Source: Podarcis filfolensis
Taxonomy: Eukaryota
Reading direction: 5' to 3' (one strand)
NCBI GenBank assembly: GCA_964270895.1
Contig: OZ185435.1
DNA length: 64,000 bases
Position numbers and translations under genes: made by a program. Below the pieces are notes generated by a model, which was not told the DNA's origin, made no database searches, and was given only the letters and a program-made list of their open reading frames with translations. Shown piece by piece: positions 37,274 through 48,887 of this stretch (position 1 is the stretch's first letter; each line of letters starts with the position of its first letter).

Positions 37274-37971
37274 ACTCCGTCATCTCCCCTAACTCTCCTT
37301 GTCCTTTGTTGGTCTGTTAAGGCAGGAGAGAGAAAGCTTGAAATCACCACAATCTGTTAGAACAGTATGGGAAACCAATGAGCTTCCACATGTTTTGGAA
37401 CTCCAACTCTCATCAGTCCCAGCCAGCATGACCAAAGGTCATGGATGATGGAGTTGTAGCCCAACAAATATCTGAAGAGGCTCAGGTTCCCCATCTCTTT
37501 CACATCTGTCATCCACTACCTCCACTGTCAGAGGCAGCAGTTGTGGGAAATTGCAGGTGGGTTGAGTGCATATTCTGCTTATAGGCTTCCTGTGGGTATC
37601 TGGTTGTCCACTGTGAAAACAGGTTGTTGGATTAGGTGGAACTTTGGTCTCATCTAGCAGGGGTTTTCTTATCTTGGGATCTATGTGATCTCCCCCTTCC
37701 TTTTGTGAATAATGTGCATGTTATTCTGTCTCCAGACCTGGCCATTAATTTCTTAACACATCTTAATAACTGCAAATATGCAACTACGTCAATTAATTAT
37801 ACTAAGAGAGCAACATGAAGAAAAAAAGAACAAACCTTTCCAGAACCACATTTTCTCACAAGAGATTGAGCTTGATAGCTGGAACAGCAGGGACACCCAT
37901 ATGACAACTATTGACATGGGCTTATGGCATGGGCAGTTTCTGAAATCGCAAGATATCAAAGTATATTATAC

Positions 37972-38418
37972 CAGTGTTTCCCAAAGTGGGCGATATTGCT
38001 CTCTGGAATGATCCAGGGGAGTGGTACTAGTCTCAGGTGCAGTGGGGGGGGGACATTGAATAAAAATAAGGGGGTGATGGAAGCATAAAGAAAGAAGAAA
38101 AAATTGAAAAAACGTTTGTACATGTTGAATCTGTTGTGTAATGACGCTTACTGCCAGGTCGGTCACAGTTGTGGGATGGTCACGATAACTCCCTTGGATC
38201 TGGCAGTTGTGCTGGAGGAGAGGGGTTTTCCTAGTCTTGGGAGAACTCTTTTCAGCTTCCTCCAGTCCCAGGAAGTGGATCACAGCTTGCCAGCCTATTT
38301 GGCCAATGGCAGATGGGCTGTGACACCCACTTAAAGAAGGTAGATTTCGGGGGGGGGGCGATGCTGAGGTTTTTTTCTGAAAAGGGGGCGGTAGCCTAAA
38401 TAATTTTGGGAACCTCAG
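37972..38418 (+). mobile_element. hAT (Charlie/Buster-like) non-autonomous element
   Basis: cagtgtttcccaaa / tttgggaacctcag; TSD tattatac / tattagac (7 of 8). Confidence 0.8.
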
Positions 38419-39124
38419 TATTAGACTATTGAAAGTGTTAGGTAGACTCTTTAAACAACTTTTAAATGGTTATTAATTAAGGGTCTTTTGCTTAATTTTC
38501 CTTACTAAGTTACTGTAATATTGCTGGGGACGGGACATTTATAATGGTTGGGCAGGCTGGATCTGGATCTGGTCATGGGCTCACTGCCCTAGGTGTAGCC
38601 AATACTTTGCGAGATCAACCAATTGTCAGTATAAAGCAGCTTCCTATGAAACAAGCAGAGCATGAAACAGAGTTATAGCCAAGAAGATGGAAATAAATGT
38701 TCGCAATGTTGTACAGGGATAAGTAGCATGACTTGGCGACAAATTGAATATGGGATACAAGGAAAAGGAAGGAATAACAGATAATAAAGCCAGGGCTTCA
38801 TAGCTGATGCCTGGTCAATAAGATGCTTGTATCGATGATACAAACCGTAATTGAAACACAGGAGACTGGGGAGCTAAAATGAAGATTTCACTTGTATTTA
38901 ATTTTTCAGTGGCAATAAGATGTCGAGCTCAAAATATCAGAGATGTGGGAGTAGTTTGGTGGGACTTCTCGGTTGGGGAGGTAGAATGTCATTAGCGTTT
39001 AGGTGGTACTGAAAGCCATGAAATTTCCCTTTTTGTGGTGAAACAGGGCTGGGGAACCTGTTGCTCTCCAGAGCTCCCCTCATCCCTGGCAACTGGGCAT
39101 GCTGGTTGGGGCTGATTGACAACT

Positions 39125-39470
39125 GGCATGTGAAAAGAGGAGACTGAGAGGAGATTTGACAGCCATCTTCAAATATTTAAAGGGCTGCCACATGGAAGAT
39201 GGAGGAAGCTTGCTTTCTCCTGCTCTGGAAGGTAGGACTGAACCATTGGCTTCAAGTTACAGTAAAGGAGATTCCAACCAAACATAAGGAAGATCTTTCT
39301 TATAGTAAGAGCTTTTCAACAGTGGAATGGAGTCCCTCAGGAGGTTGTGGACTCTCCTTCCTTGGAGGTGTTCAAGCAGAGGTTGGATGGCCATCTCTCA
39401 TGGATGCTTTAGTTGTTATTCCTGCATTGCAGGGGGTTGGACTCTGGGTTCCAACTCTGATCCTACGATT
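39125..39470 (+). mobile_element. CR1 LINE 3' fragment
   Basis: KRRLRGDLTAIFKYLKG motif and CR1 3' UTR; shorter tail-only copy near 34430-34520. Confidence 0.9.
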
Positions 39471-39979
39471 TGCGGCATAGCCCTTTTTATATAATATTTT
39501 TATATTTTCTGAAAACAGAGAAATTTGTTTTCATTTGTGTTCAAATTACCACCGTAGAACACAGTGAAGTTGTTTCCCCCCTGTGTGTTTCACAGCTGTT
39601 ACCCCCCCCCCCGCTCCCCGTCACTGTTTGTTTCTGTTTGTGCACACCCCAGGGGGCAATGACCCAGACAAGGGTGTCTTTACCCTGTGTTCACACTGTG
39701 TTCACACTTAGCTGAAGGCAAGTTAAGAAGGGCTTGAAGATTTCAATCTATGTGAAGAAGTAGTTTGAGAAGCAATTTTGCAACAATTTTGTGCATGTCC
39801 AATTGATGCACAACTGCCGACGTGTGGGTCCTTTTGGACCCGGACAGGGCAGAACGGGGGTGGGGCAGAACATAGAGGGTTTATTCACGCTCTGCCGACG
39901 TGTGCAGGGTCAGGAATGGAACCACCATGCGAAATTGTCACCGCCTGTAGTAGTATCCAATAAGAAAGTACATGATATA

Positions 39980-40059
39980 CAGGGCGAATCCTTTAAAAGA
40001 GGCCCCGTGAATACAGAGTACACATGTTCCACGGGGCCTCTTTTAAAAGACTCACCCTG
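39980..40059. mobile_element. 80-bp palindromic Tc1/mariner MITE
   Basis: TA TSD; ~32-bp inverted arms around a short spacer. Confidence 0.9.
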
Positions 40060-40760
40060 TATATGTGTTTTGGATAATGTCCTGTAAACATGTATTAGAA
40101 ACCCAGCACTGAAAAGGCAGTGAGTACACAGTAAACAGGAGTGTGATCACAGCCTTATTTAATACATCTGCAATTTACAGCTTGGCCATAGGCCATATAA
40201 TAACATTTGGTAAAATATAATGAAATAAAATACAACATGCTGAGTGACAACAAAGAAAATTCAGTGATGATACAACACTTGCCAGTTAAACCTATTGGCT
40301 TGGATTCTGAGTTGCTATATTCCAAGAATGGAAGGCTTCTTTCCATTCATTGAGGAGATTCCAGTGCAGCAGAGATGCTAGTGGAATTGGTTGAGGGGGC
40401 ACAGGCAATTTTTGTTAATTCCTCATGCTCTTTTGAGGTCTTTCCAGAGCCAGATGTTCTAGAAGCACCCACCATCCTCTGGGACAGACTTTTGTGGGAG
40501 GCAAAGGAGGCTGTACAGGAAAAAAGGAACCAGCAAAGATTCCCTTTCTCCCCCTTCCAAGTAAGAGAACTTTCATGGGAATTTAGGATCCATGCTATTA
40601 AATCCACTCAAATTAACCCTGTCTTTCAGGCAATGAATCAGGTGATCTAAACCAATTTCTGAGTTTGGGGGAAGCAGGTCCAGTAGAAACAGAATTTCTG
40701 TAAATCAATCATAACTGATAACCCAGATAACACACTATCTAAATATTCTTCCTTAAAAGA

Positions 40761-41088
40761 AGGTAAAGAGACCCCTGACTGTTAAGTCCAGTTACGGATG
40801 ACTCTGGGGTTGTGGCGCTCATCTTGCTTTACTGGCCGAGGGAGCCGGCGTTTCTCCGCAGACAACTTCCGGATCATGTGGCCAGCATGACTAAGTCGCT
40901 TCTGATGAACCAGAGCAGCACACAGAAACGCCGTTTACCTTCCTGCTGGAGTGGTACCTATTTATCTTGCACTTGCACTTGATGTGCTTTCAAACTGCTA
41001 GGTTGGCAGGGACCGATCGCGGGGATTCGAACCACTGACCTTCTGATCGGCAAGCCCTAGGCTCTGTGGTTTAGACGACAGTGCCACC
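40761..41088 (-). mobile_element. Sauria SINE (Squam1) with internal deletion
   Basis: Reverse complement matches 4723-5084 but lacks about 25 nt after the B box. Confidence 0.9.
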
Positions 41089-41348
41089 TAGAAGATGTTA
41101 TATTACAAGAGACTAAAAATAACTTCCACATTCCTTGAGCCACCCAAGTACAAATTTTGATTTGCACAATTTTTAAATTATTTGGAACTTTGAAAGTTCT
41201 GCAAAGACCCTGCATAATGAGCAGAGGGTTGCCTCATGTAAAGAACTCTCCAAATGATGATATACTTTGAAAAAACAATAGTATTGGCAAATTGCAGGCT
41301 GCTGGATTTGAGACACATGCTAATATATCTGAAACTCCTTATATTGCT

Positions 41349-43480
41349 GACTTCCGGGTTAGCGCCATCGGTGAAATGGTGGAGTTCCTCCGGTCGGAGG
41401 AACTGGCTCCATGGAAACTGGGTCTACCCGCCACGGCGAAGGTGGGGACCCGCTAGAAATCCCAGGTGGAAGAAGCCTGGGAACGTGGGGTTCGGCAGAG
41501 CACCAGGAGCGCCTCCCCTACTCGCGGGGGACCCCTTTTTGGGACTCCAGAGTGAAGTGGGGTGATCGGCGCGGTGCTGCGAACTGACTGCTATTTTCAC
41601 GGAGGGAAGCCGCATTGCCATTGCCGGAGAGCGCTGACTTTTTCCTGTCGACAATTGGACTCTAAACAAGTACCCGTGAGTAGAAACGGAAAATTGGATC
41701 AAGAAATATCTTAATTTGGCACCGAAGCGGGAAGGTTCAAAACAGGAAGTCCGCCTTCCGCTTTTTGTAAATAGATTGAAGCAAAAATCTTGTAAGCTAA
41801 TAGCCTGGAAAGTCGCTTTACAAAGGTCGAAATTTCCTTCATTTATAACCATTAAAACCCCCTTGGAAGCAGGAGAAAAGGGGGGGAAACGAAATTGTTC
41901 AAGCCTGCTGGAGAGGGAGTAAAGGAGAATAAGTTTCCACCGTCTCAAACCTGGGAACGGGGTGTCAGAGACAGAAATTATCGGAGACGTCCATTGACTG
42001 TGAATGGAATGTTGTGACAGATAGTAAGAAAAAAGAGAAACAAATTGATTTTAATGTTGCCGGTTGCATTTTAAAGAAACAAAATATTCAAAAATTGAAA
42101 GTAACTTTCTTTTGTTGGACATGATTTAAAAAAGATGGACACAAATAGAAATTGTCTCCTCTAGAGGGAGCTTGTCAAATTGTTGCTGCAGTTCACTTGG
42201 AGATTTCACAGCTGCGAGATTAACATTGTGGGACCAGACTGTGACCTTGAATAAAAATGTGTTTGGAAGAAGTCCTGGTGCTTGCTTTTTGCAAGACAAG
42301 TGCTTTGTTGGAGCAGTTGCATGAGAAGGTGGATTTGATGAACGAGAAGTTGGATTTGATGACTGTTGTAAACAGTGAATGTGGGCAAGTAGGGAATATT
42401 GACATAGAAATCATACAGGGACCAATTCAGGAAACTGGTTCGACTGGGCAAATGCAAGGGCAGACAATAATGAAAGAAGCTACGGTGCTATCTCAAGCAA
42501 CACAAATGGAGAGACCCAAGGCCCTGCAGGAGCATAAGCTGCTGTTTTGGAAGAATGAACTTGAACTAGGCCAGAGGGAGTTGGGAGCTGAGGAGGCTCT
42601 CAACTTTGGAGAGATTTTGAAATATGCTGTTGAAGATCTTTTGGATTATATTGATGACTGTGGAGAGTGGGACTGTGGGGAATGGGCTGGTCTGATGCGG
42701 GGAGATGGACATGAGTATGGGTGGAAATTCCCCAGAGACCTACTCCCTAAGGAGAAAGGAAAGAAACTAAGAAAGAGACCAACAAAAGACAAGGAAAAGT
42801 GCAAAAATAAACAAGAAGAAAAAGATCTGCAGAAGGGGCATGGAAGAGACTTAAGAGCCTCGGATATCAGACTACCAGGTTGATGGACTAGATGGAATGG
42901 ATAGCAAGGACTGACATAACCCGAGACCAGAAAGAAGGGACGTTGGATGAAAATTGGAAGAGTCTGTAAAGAAAAATTTTTATTTTGGGAATTAGTGTAA
43001 AATTAATGAATATTAGGGAGAATGTTGGAATGAAATTGTCTGGCTTTAGCAGAAATGATATAAGGATAAATAAGTATTAAGTTTTTTTAAGTTTTAAGGT
43101 ATTTTATGGTATTTTATGGTAAGATAAGGTCAAGGTATTTTTATGGTAAGATAAGGTTAAATAAAGTAAGGCAAATTGAATAACAGAATATGGTGAAAGA
43201 TGGATAGGATATATAGAGTTAATTAATTGGTTATAAGCTAAAATATAGAAAGGATTTGCTGAAACAATGATTGAATCAGGATACAAGAAGAGGGAGGTGT
43301 GAGGAAGTCGGGGAAATAGGCAGATGAAAGATAGGATTTGGAATGACTGATTTGTTTTTAACGATTTTTATTTTTCTGTATTTTGTATCTTTTTGTCTTC
43401 TTTTTCTTTCTTTTTTTCTTTTTCATATTTTTGTATTTCCTCTGAAATTTTAATAAATATTATTAAAAAAAGAAAAAAAA
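41349..43480 (+). mobile_element. Full-length non-autonomous L1-dependent retroelement
   Basis: Perfect 18-bp TSD gaaactccttatattgct (41331-41348, 43481-43498); starts gacttccgg with a CpG-rich 5' region; AATAAA at 43452 and A tail; no EN/RT coding capacity. Confidence 0.9.
42257..42883 (+). CDS. 208-aa ORF inside the retroelement, unknown function
   Basis: ATG-initiated and uninterrupted; short heptad-like segment, acidic Trp/Gly middle, Lys-rich C-terminus; expression unproven. Confidence 0.5.
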   Translation: MCLEEVLVLAFCKTSALLEQLHEKVDLMNEKLDLMTVVNSECGQVGNIDIEIIQGPIQETGSTGQMQGQTIMKEATVLSQATQMERPKALQEHKLLFWKNELELGQRELGAEEALNFGEILKYAVEDLLDYIDDCGEWDCGEWAGLMRGDGHEYGWKFPRDLLPKEKGKKLRKRPTKDKEKCKNKQEEKDLQKGHGRDLRASDIRLPG

Positions 43481-46400
43481 GAAACTCCTTATATTGCTAA
43501 CTAATTCTTAAGCCTGATCTAACTTAATTGCATTTACTATCATAAAATCCATTGGAGCACCTGCTTGGGGCAAATCCACACCATACATTTAAAACATGTG
43601 ATTCCCGCCCCCCCAACTCCCGAAAATAATCCTGGGAACTATAGCATCCCCCCTTCCTGAGTACAATTAACAAACAACAATTCTCAGAGTTCTTTTGGAG
43701 AAGCCATGGGCTTTAAATGTAGGCTGAATGTGCTTTACCTGGCTGGTGTGTTATTAGCACTTCTATATTCTGGCCTTGTCTCATTGTCTAATATATTTCT
43801 TAAGACTGCCAGTTCTTACCTGTGCTGACCTTTATTGTACAAAATTATAGTCCTAAAATTCAGTGGTTTGGGTCCAGACATGCCCTTCTCATAGATTTGC
43901 ATCAGGGGCTCCAAGCTTAGGCCCCTGCATGAGGAACAGACATTTTCACCTGTGCTGCAGCAACCACCTTCACCACCTTCCACACTCTTCTCTAGGGTCT
44001 CTCAGCCCTCGAGAACAGGTTTTTTGGGGGGAGGGGGAACAGGCCAAAGGAGGAGTAACACAAATGAGTTTCCATCTGCCCCCATTGCCAGTTGGAGTCT
44101 CCCAAGAGTGGAATTCTGCTTATGGGAAATCTGGATCTAACTCATTACTTTTAGCATCTCTCTCTCTCTCTCTGTCTCTCTCTCTCTCTCTGTGTGTGTG
44201 TGTTTGCACTCTTTATGTATATTTCATCTCCAAAGTAGGTCCTATTATGATATAAATATGGCTTTCTGCAATATTTTCATTAGATTTCTCAGCAATATTT
44301 ACCATTTCCAAAGTTAAATTTTCCAAAGATAAAGGAAAAATGGGGACTGTGGGGGTTGCTTCTGCTTTTTTTTTTTAAATTCCAGAGGAGTACAGCACCC
44401 TAAATGTCACAAACCACTTTCCTGTTTCATGGCTACCCACTCTCAGATGTGATACGAGCCCTCCTCAATAGTTGCTGCAGGCAAGGTCTCATCACATTAA
44501 GAGGATGAACTACTACAAGACTCCATTTCACTCTGCTGCACTGGAAGCAAAGCAGTTTATTTGATGGGACAGTTGTGAACCTCAAACCAATTTCCAATTT
44601 GTGTCTTCCTGCTCTTCCCCTCCATTCAAGACTGGCCGCATGTCTTTTATTATTAAATTAGGTCGGTATGGCATTACTGCAGACTGCTAGACCTTGGATA
44701 GGATCCAAATTGAGCTGGTCAGTGAAACTCCCTCTTCTGTTTGTTTGTTTGTTTGTTTGTTCCTTCTTTCCTCTTAGAAGGTCTTTCAAAAATCCTCTCC
44801 CTATTCTGAAGGGGAAAGGAGGTCTCCACATGCCTACTCTGGATTCGGCAAACATGCAGATAATAAAAAGGAAATGGAATGGCAAAAACGGTGACTTCTG
44901 CCCACTGCCAAACATCCCCTTCCACTGCATGATAATTCCAACTCCAAAATTTCCTTTAAAAATACATGAACATATCACACTGTGTCGTGTTGGTTGCTGT
45001 GCATTAACTGAGAGAAAAATGAATTCCATTCACACATTATAAAGCTTACTTAACAGGTTATTGGAGAAATCATTGGCTGTCAGCCTGACCTACTTGCCAG
45101 GGTTGTTGTGAGCACAATCTGGGGTAACTCCATAGTAATTTTTATTATATAGTATCAGTGTACATGGGTGTGTGTGATAACGTTATGCCCCAAACTCTTT
45201 GCAATGCTTAATTTCAATGTGCTGGGGAAGTGGGGGGAAGAGAGGAGTCAAGGTTACAAACAGTGATCAGATGCAATTGCAGTTATGTAGGCTTTGTTTC
45301 TGTTGGCATTGAGTCTTGATGGAGCTGTTCAGTTTTATTTCCCCAGCTACTTCCATCTTCCAGAATACTAGTACTACACCTATCCCTCAAAGCTGAAATA
45401 AAGATTTCACAACATCCAAATGATACATGCATGGCTTTCACAATCATGCATTGCTCCATACACAGAAATTAAAAATGCTAAACTCTTATCAGTTATAAAT
45501 GCAGACCTGAATTGTTACTGCACATCACACGGGCAACTTGCTTAATTGTATAGAATCTTGTGCGACAAGTCACCGCTTACATTTTCAGAACCACTCTTTC
45601 AGCTCTGTTGCTTGTTCAGGATATTTACCTGCATCTTTGAGCATCTTAAGGTATTCTGGAAGATGTGTAAATAAGCCATACATCATAAAAAGACACCACC
45701 GTCTCTGCTGCTCCTCATTCTAAGGAAATCAAACCCTGGGTAAGCACCCTGAACCTCCAGAATATCACACCGCTTGGAGATTAGGGTGGCATGCATCAAT
45801 GCTTTATCACAAACATCACTTGAGTGTTCTATTCATGATGATTTGCTGTGACTGGTGCCCTGTGTGCCTGCTCATTCCCCCATCCAATGATCTCTCCAAT
45901 AACCAGGCCAACACCAAGGCCCCTGCTACCCCTTCTTTTATCTTAAAACGGACAGAGGAGCACTTCAGACAGAGGACTGTTCTATGACAGCCCTTCAAAT
46001 AGAGGGCTATCCTCTGTAAAGTAGAACATCTGGCCACTCCACTTTTGATTCATGTCAGAAGTCTATGAGTTTCTGGTTCATGAAACCACACACCTGACAA
46101 GCATCTCTATAGACACTATGAAATGTATCCCTGAGAGAAGATGCTGAGTCAGAGTGAAATGGTTTCCTTCAACAATATTAAATATCAGAAGAGTAGTCCC
46201 GCTTTTTTTCTTTGCTTGAAGTTCCCTGCATCCTCTCTTAAAAGTGCTTTATCTGAGATAAAAAATGAAATAAACACTAAATATGAACACTGAAATAGTT
46301 ATACTTAAATATCCCAAATACTGAAATAAATACTAAATAAAAATTATTCATCTGGTCTTTCCTACTTTTCTATTTTTAAAACGTTCCAACAATAGGCCTA

Positions 46401-46755
46401 TGTTAAAAGCTGTAGTTAAGCTCAGATATCATTCATGTGATCTTTGCGTTCTACTGATTCATTCCTTTACTTATTTGTTAGTTTTCACTCTGTTCTCACG
46501 AGGCCTAAATTCAAGGTTGATGAACCAGGGAAATGCTCATTTCTTAGAGAGCTGTTGTAGAATTAATGCCCACACTCTTAATGGCAGGGTAGACGATACA
46601 CATTATGATACATTCTTGTGTGGATATACACAATGTGTCAGTGATCCATCATTCACTTTTACGGTCTCATGCAAAAATAAACATGCAGTATTGTAATTTA
46701 ACAAGCCTAAGCAGATTTTCCTTATTCGAGTTCCCACACCAGATGAAGTGCAGAT

Positions 46756-46997
46756 TAGTGGTACCTCGGGTTAAGAACTTAATTCGTTCTGGAGGTCCGT
46801 TCTTAACCTGAAACTGTTCTTAACCTGAGGTACCACTTTAGCTAATGGGGCCTCCCGCTGCTGCCGCGCCTCCAGAGCCCGATTTCTGTTCTCATCCTGA
46901 AGCAAAGTTCTTAACTCGAGGTACTATTTCTGGGTTAGCAGAGTCTGTAACCTGAAGTGTCTGGAACCTGAAGCATCTGTAACCTGAGGTACCACTG
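46756..46997 (-). mobile_element. Tc1/mariner MITE (cagtggtacc family)
   Basis: Reverse complement matches 1684-1909; one end slightly damaged. Confidence 0.9.
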
Positions 46998-47649
46998 TAT
47001 TGGTGAAAGAGCAGTTTCAATAGGGACACTGGTTTTATGGAAGGGTTTTCACAGAGAGGCTGAACTGGCACTTACTTTGCAAAGAACTTTTTTTTTTAGG
47101 CCTTTCTCATCTGTTTTAACCTGTTGAACTGTTTTAGTCTTCTTCTTTTAATTCTCTGCTTCTTGAGTTTTGTTCTACATTGTATTTTATTGTTATTCTT
47201 TTATCATTATAGTGCTTTGACGCTTAACTTTTGAAAATGCCCTAACCTTCCCTGAGGGCCTTTTGTTATAGGGTGGGTTATGAATGCTGTCGATAAAGTA
47301 AAATGAATCCCTAAAATGTACAGAAAGTATTTTGTGGGTGCCTACGATTGATTGCACTGAAAATCCCTTTGCTAATGATGCCCGGAACAGACTTGGTTTT
47401 CTAAGGACAACGTTTTTCAAAACTGTAGATGAACAGTAATTAAGAAGTAATAAAAGTTAGGGGAACTGAGAGATGAAAATTGCAAAACCACAAAAAATAC
47501 AAGGGATGGGAAATAAAATAAAATAAAAAGCCTCCCAAGTAGTCATCATGGTAAAGGTTTTGGATGGGGGGGGGGTTCTGTTCAGCCATCTTTCTCCCTT
47601 CTTTCCCTTCTATTTTCTGCCTTCTATTCCCCACAGAATGCAGACTTAC

Positions 47650-47724
47650 CTTGGTAACTGAGTGTATTACTCATTTCATAGCTGGTTCTGTAAACAGCTT
47701 TCCACTTGTTCTGAGTCATGGCCA
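47650..47724 (-). other. Candidate 75-nt symmetric coding exon
   Basis: TACTAAC branch point, gttctgtttctttgtggccag acceptor, AAG|gtaagt donor; single open frame AMTQNKWKAVYRTSYEMSNTLSYQ. Confidence 0.45.
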
Positions 47725-47864
47725 CTGGCCACAAAGAAACAGAACATGTTAGTATCACACCAGGTTTTTGTTTTCCTTCTACACTTGCCACTCCCCGCCC
47801 CCAATCTGAAATCGATTCCGAATTGTGTACTTGCTATAAATATAGAAGCTGACTATTGTACTGT

Positions 47865-47869
<5 letters not shown>

Positions 47870-47951
<82 letters not shown>
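47870..47951. repeat. (TG)n(TA)n compound microsatellite
   Basis: Direct reading. Confidence 0.95.
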
Positions 47952-47954
<3 letters not shown>

Positions 47955-48131
47955 CCTTGTTCTGTGTTTAGTTTGAATAATTACCAAACAAATTGCAATT
48001 AGAACTCCAGGACATGACCTCATGCCGATTTATTCCTTCCTCTCCTCCTGTATTTAATACATTTCAGATACTGAAAATACCAAATCTTTGTCCTTTTTTA
48101 TTTTGATACTTATCAGTAATGGAAACATTCC

Positions 48132-48327
48132 NNNNNNNNNNNNNNNNNNNNNNNNNNNNNNNNNNNNNNNNNNNNNNNNNNNNNNNNNNNNNNNNNNNNN
48201 NNNNNNNNNNNNNNNNNNNNNNNNNNNNNNNNNNNNNNNNNNNNNNNNNNNNNNNNNNNNNNNNNNNNNNNNNNNNNNNNNNNNNNNNNNNNNNNNNNNN
48301 NNNNNNNNNNNNNNNNNNNNNNNNNNN
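48132..48327. other. Assembly gap (N run)
   Basis: Direct reading. Confidence 1.
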
Positions 48328-48848
48328 CAAGGAGCTTTCTTTAAAAAAAAAAAAAAAAGGCAGCAAGCTTTCCCCCTGTTTTATTAACTTATTCCTGGCT
48401 TCAACAAGACATACTTTGTTGATGAGCAAAAGGTTGAATTAGCTTTTTATTTTCCAGGTAAACTTATCTATTCCCTGAGAAAGAAGTGTAGGCATTGCTA
48501 CAAAGGGGAAAAAATGGGATCTTTCCAAACCCTGCAATTCTAGTAAAGGTCTCTGTAAACATCAAGCTAGGAAAGAGGAACAGGGGAGTAGTAGACAGGA
48601 AATGAGAAAATAAAATGCAAACATAAAATTGGAACAAGGCAAAAAGTGAGATGACGCGAATCTACGCTCGGAAAATCTATTGCAGGTCTCAGGGAAAACT
48701 GGCATTACGAACAGCTCTGGTAGAAGGAAGATATATCAGAGCTCTTTATGTTACTGTCTAGGGCAGCCTCTTTTTATTAACCTCTTGGTTAATGTGCTCT
48801 CTCTGTCCATCGATTTCAGACTGAAAAAGACTGAGTTCTTGCTTTTAC

Positions 48849-48887
48849 CTTTGTGTTTCACCTCTACGGTGTTTGGTCTGGCGTACA
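48849..48887 (-). other. Candidate 39-nt exon
   Basis: ttctttcccttt actgttttcaag-type pyrimidine-rich acceptor, AAG|gtaaaa donor; open as VRQTKHRRGETQ or YARPNTVEVKHK. Confidence 0.35.
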
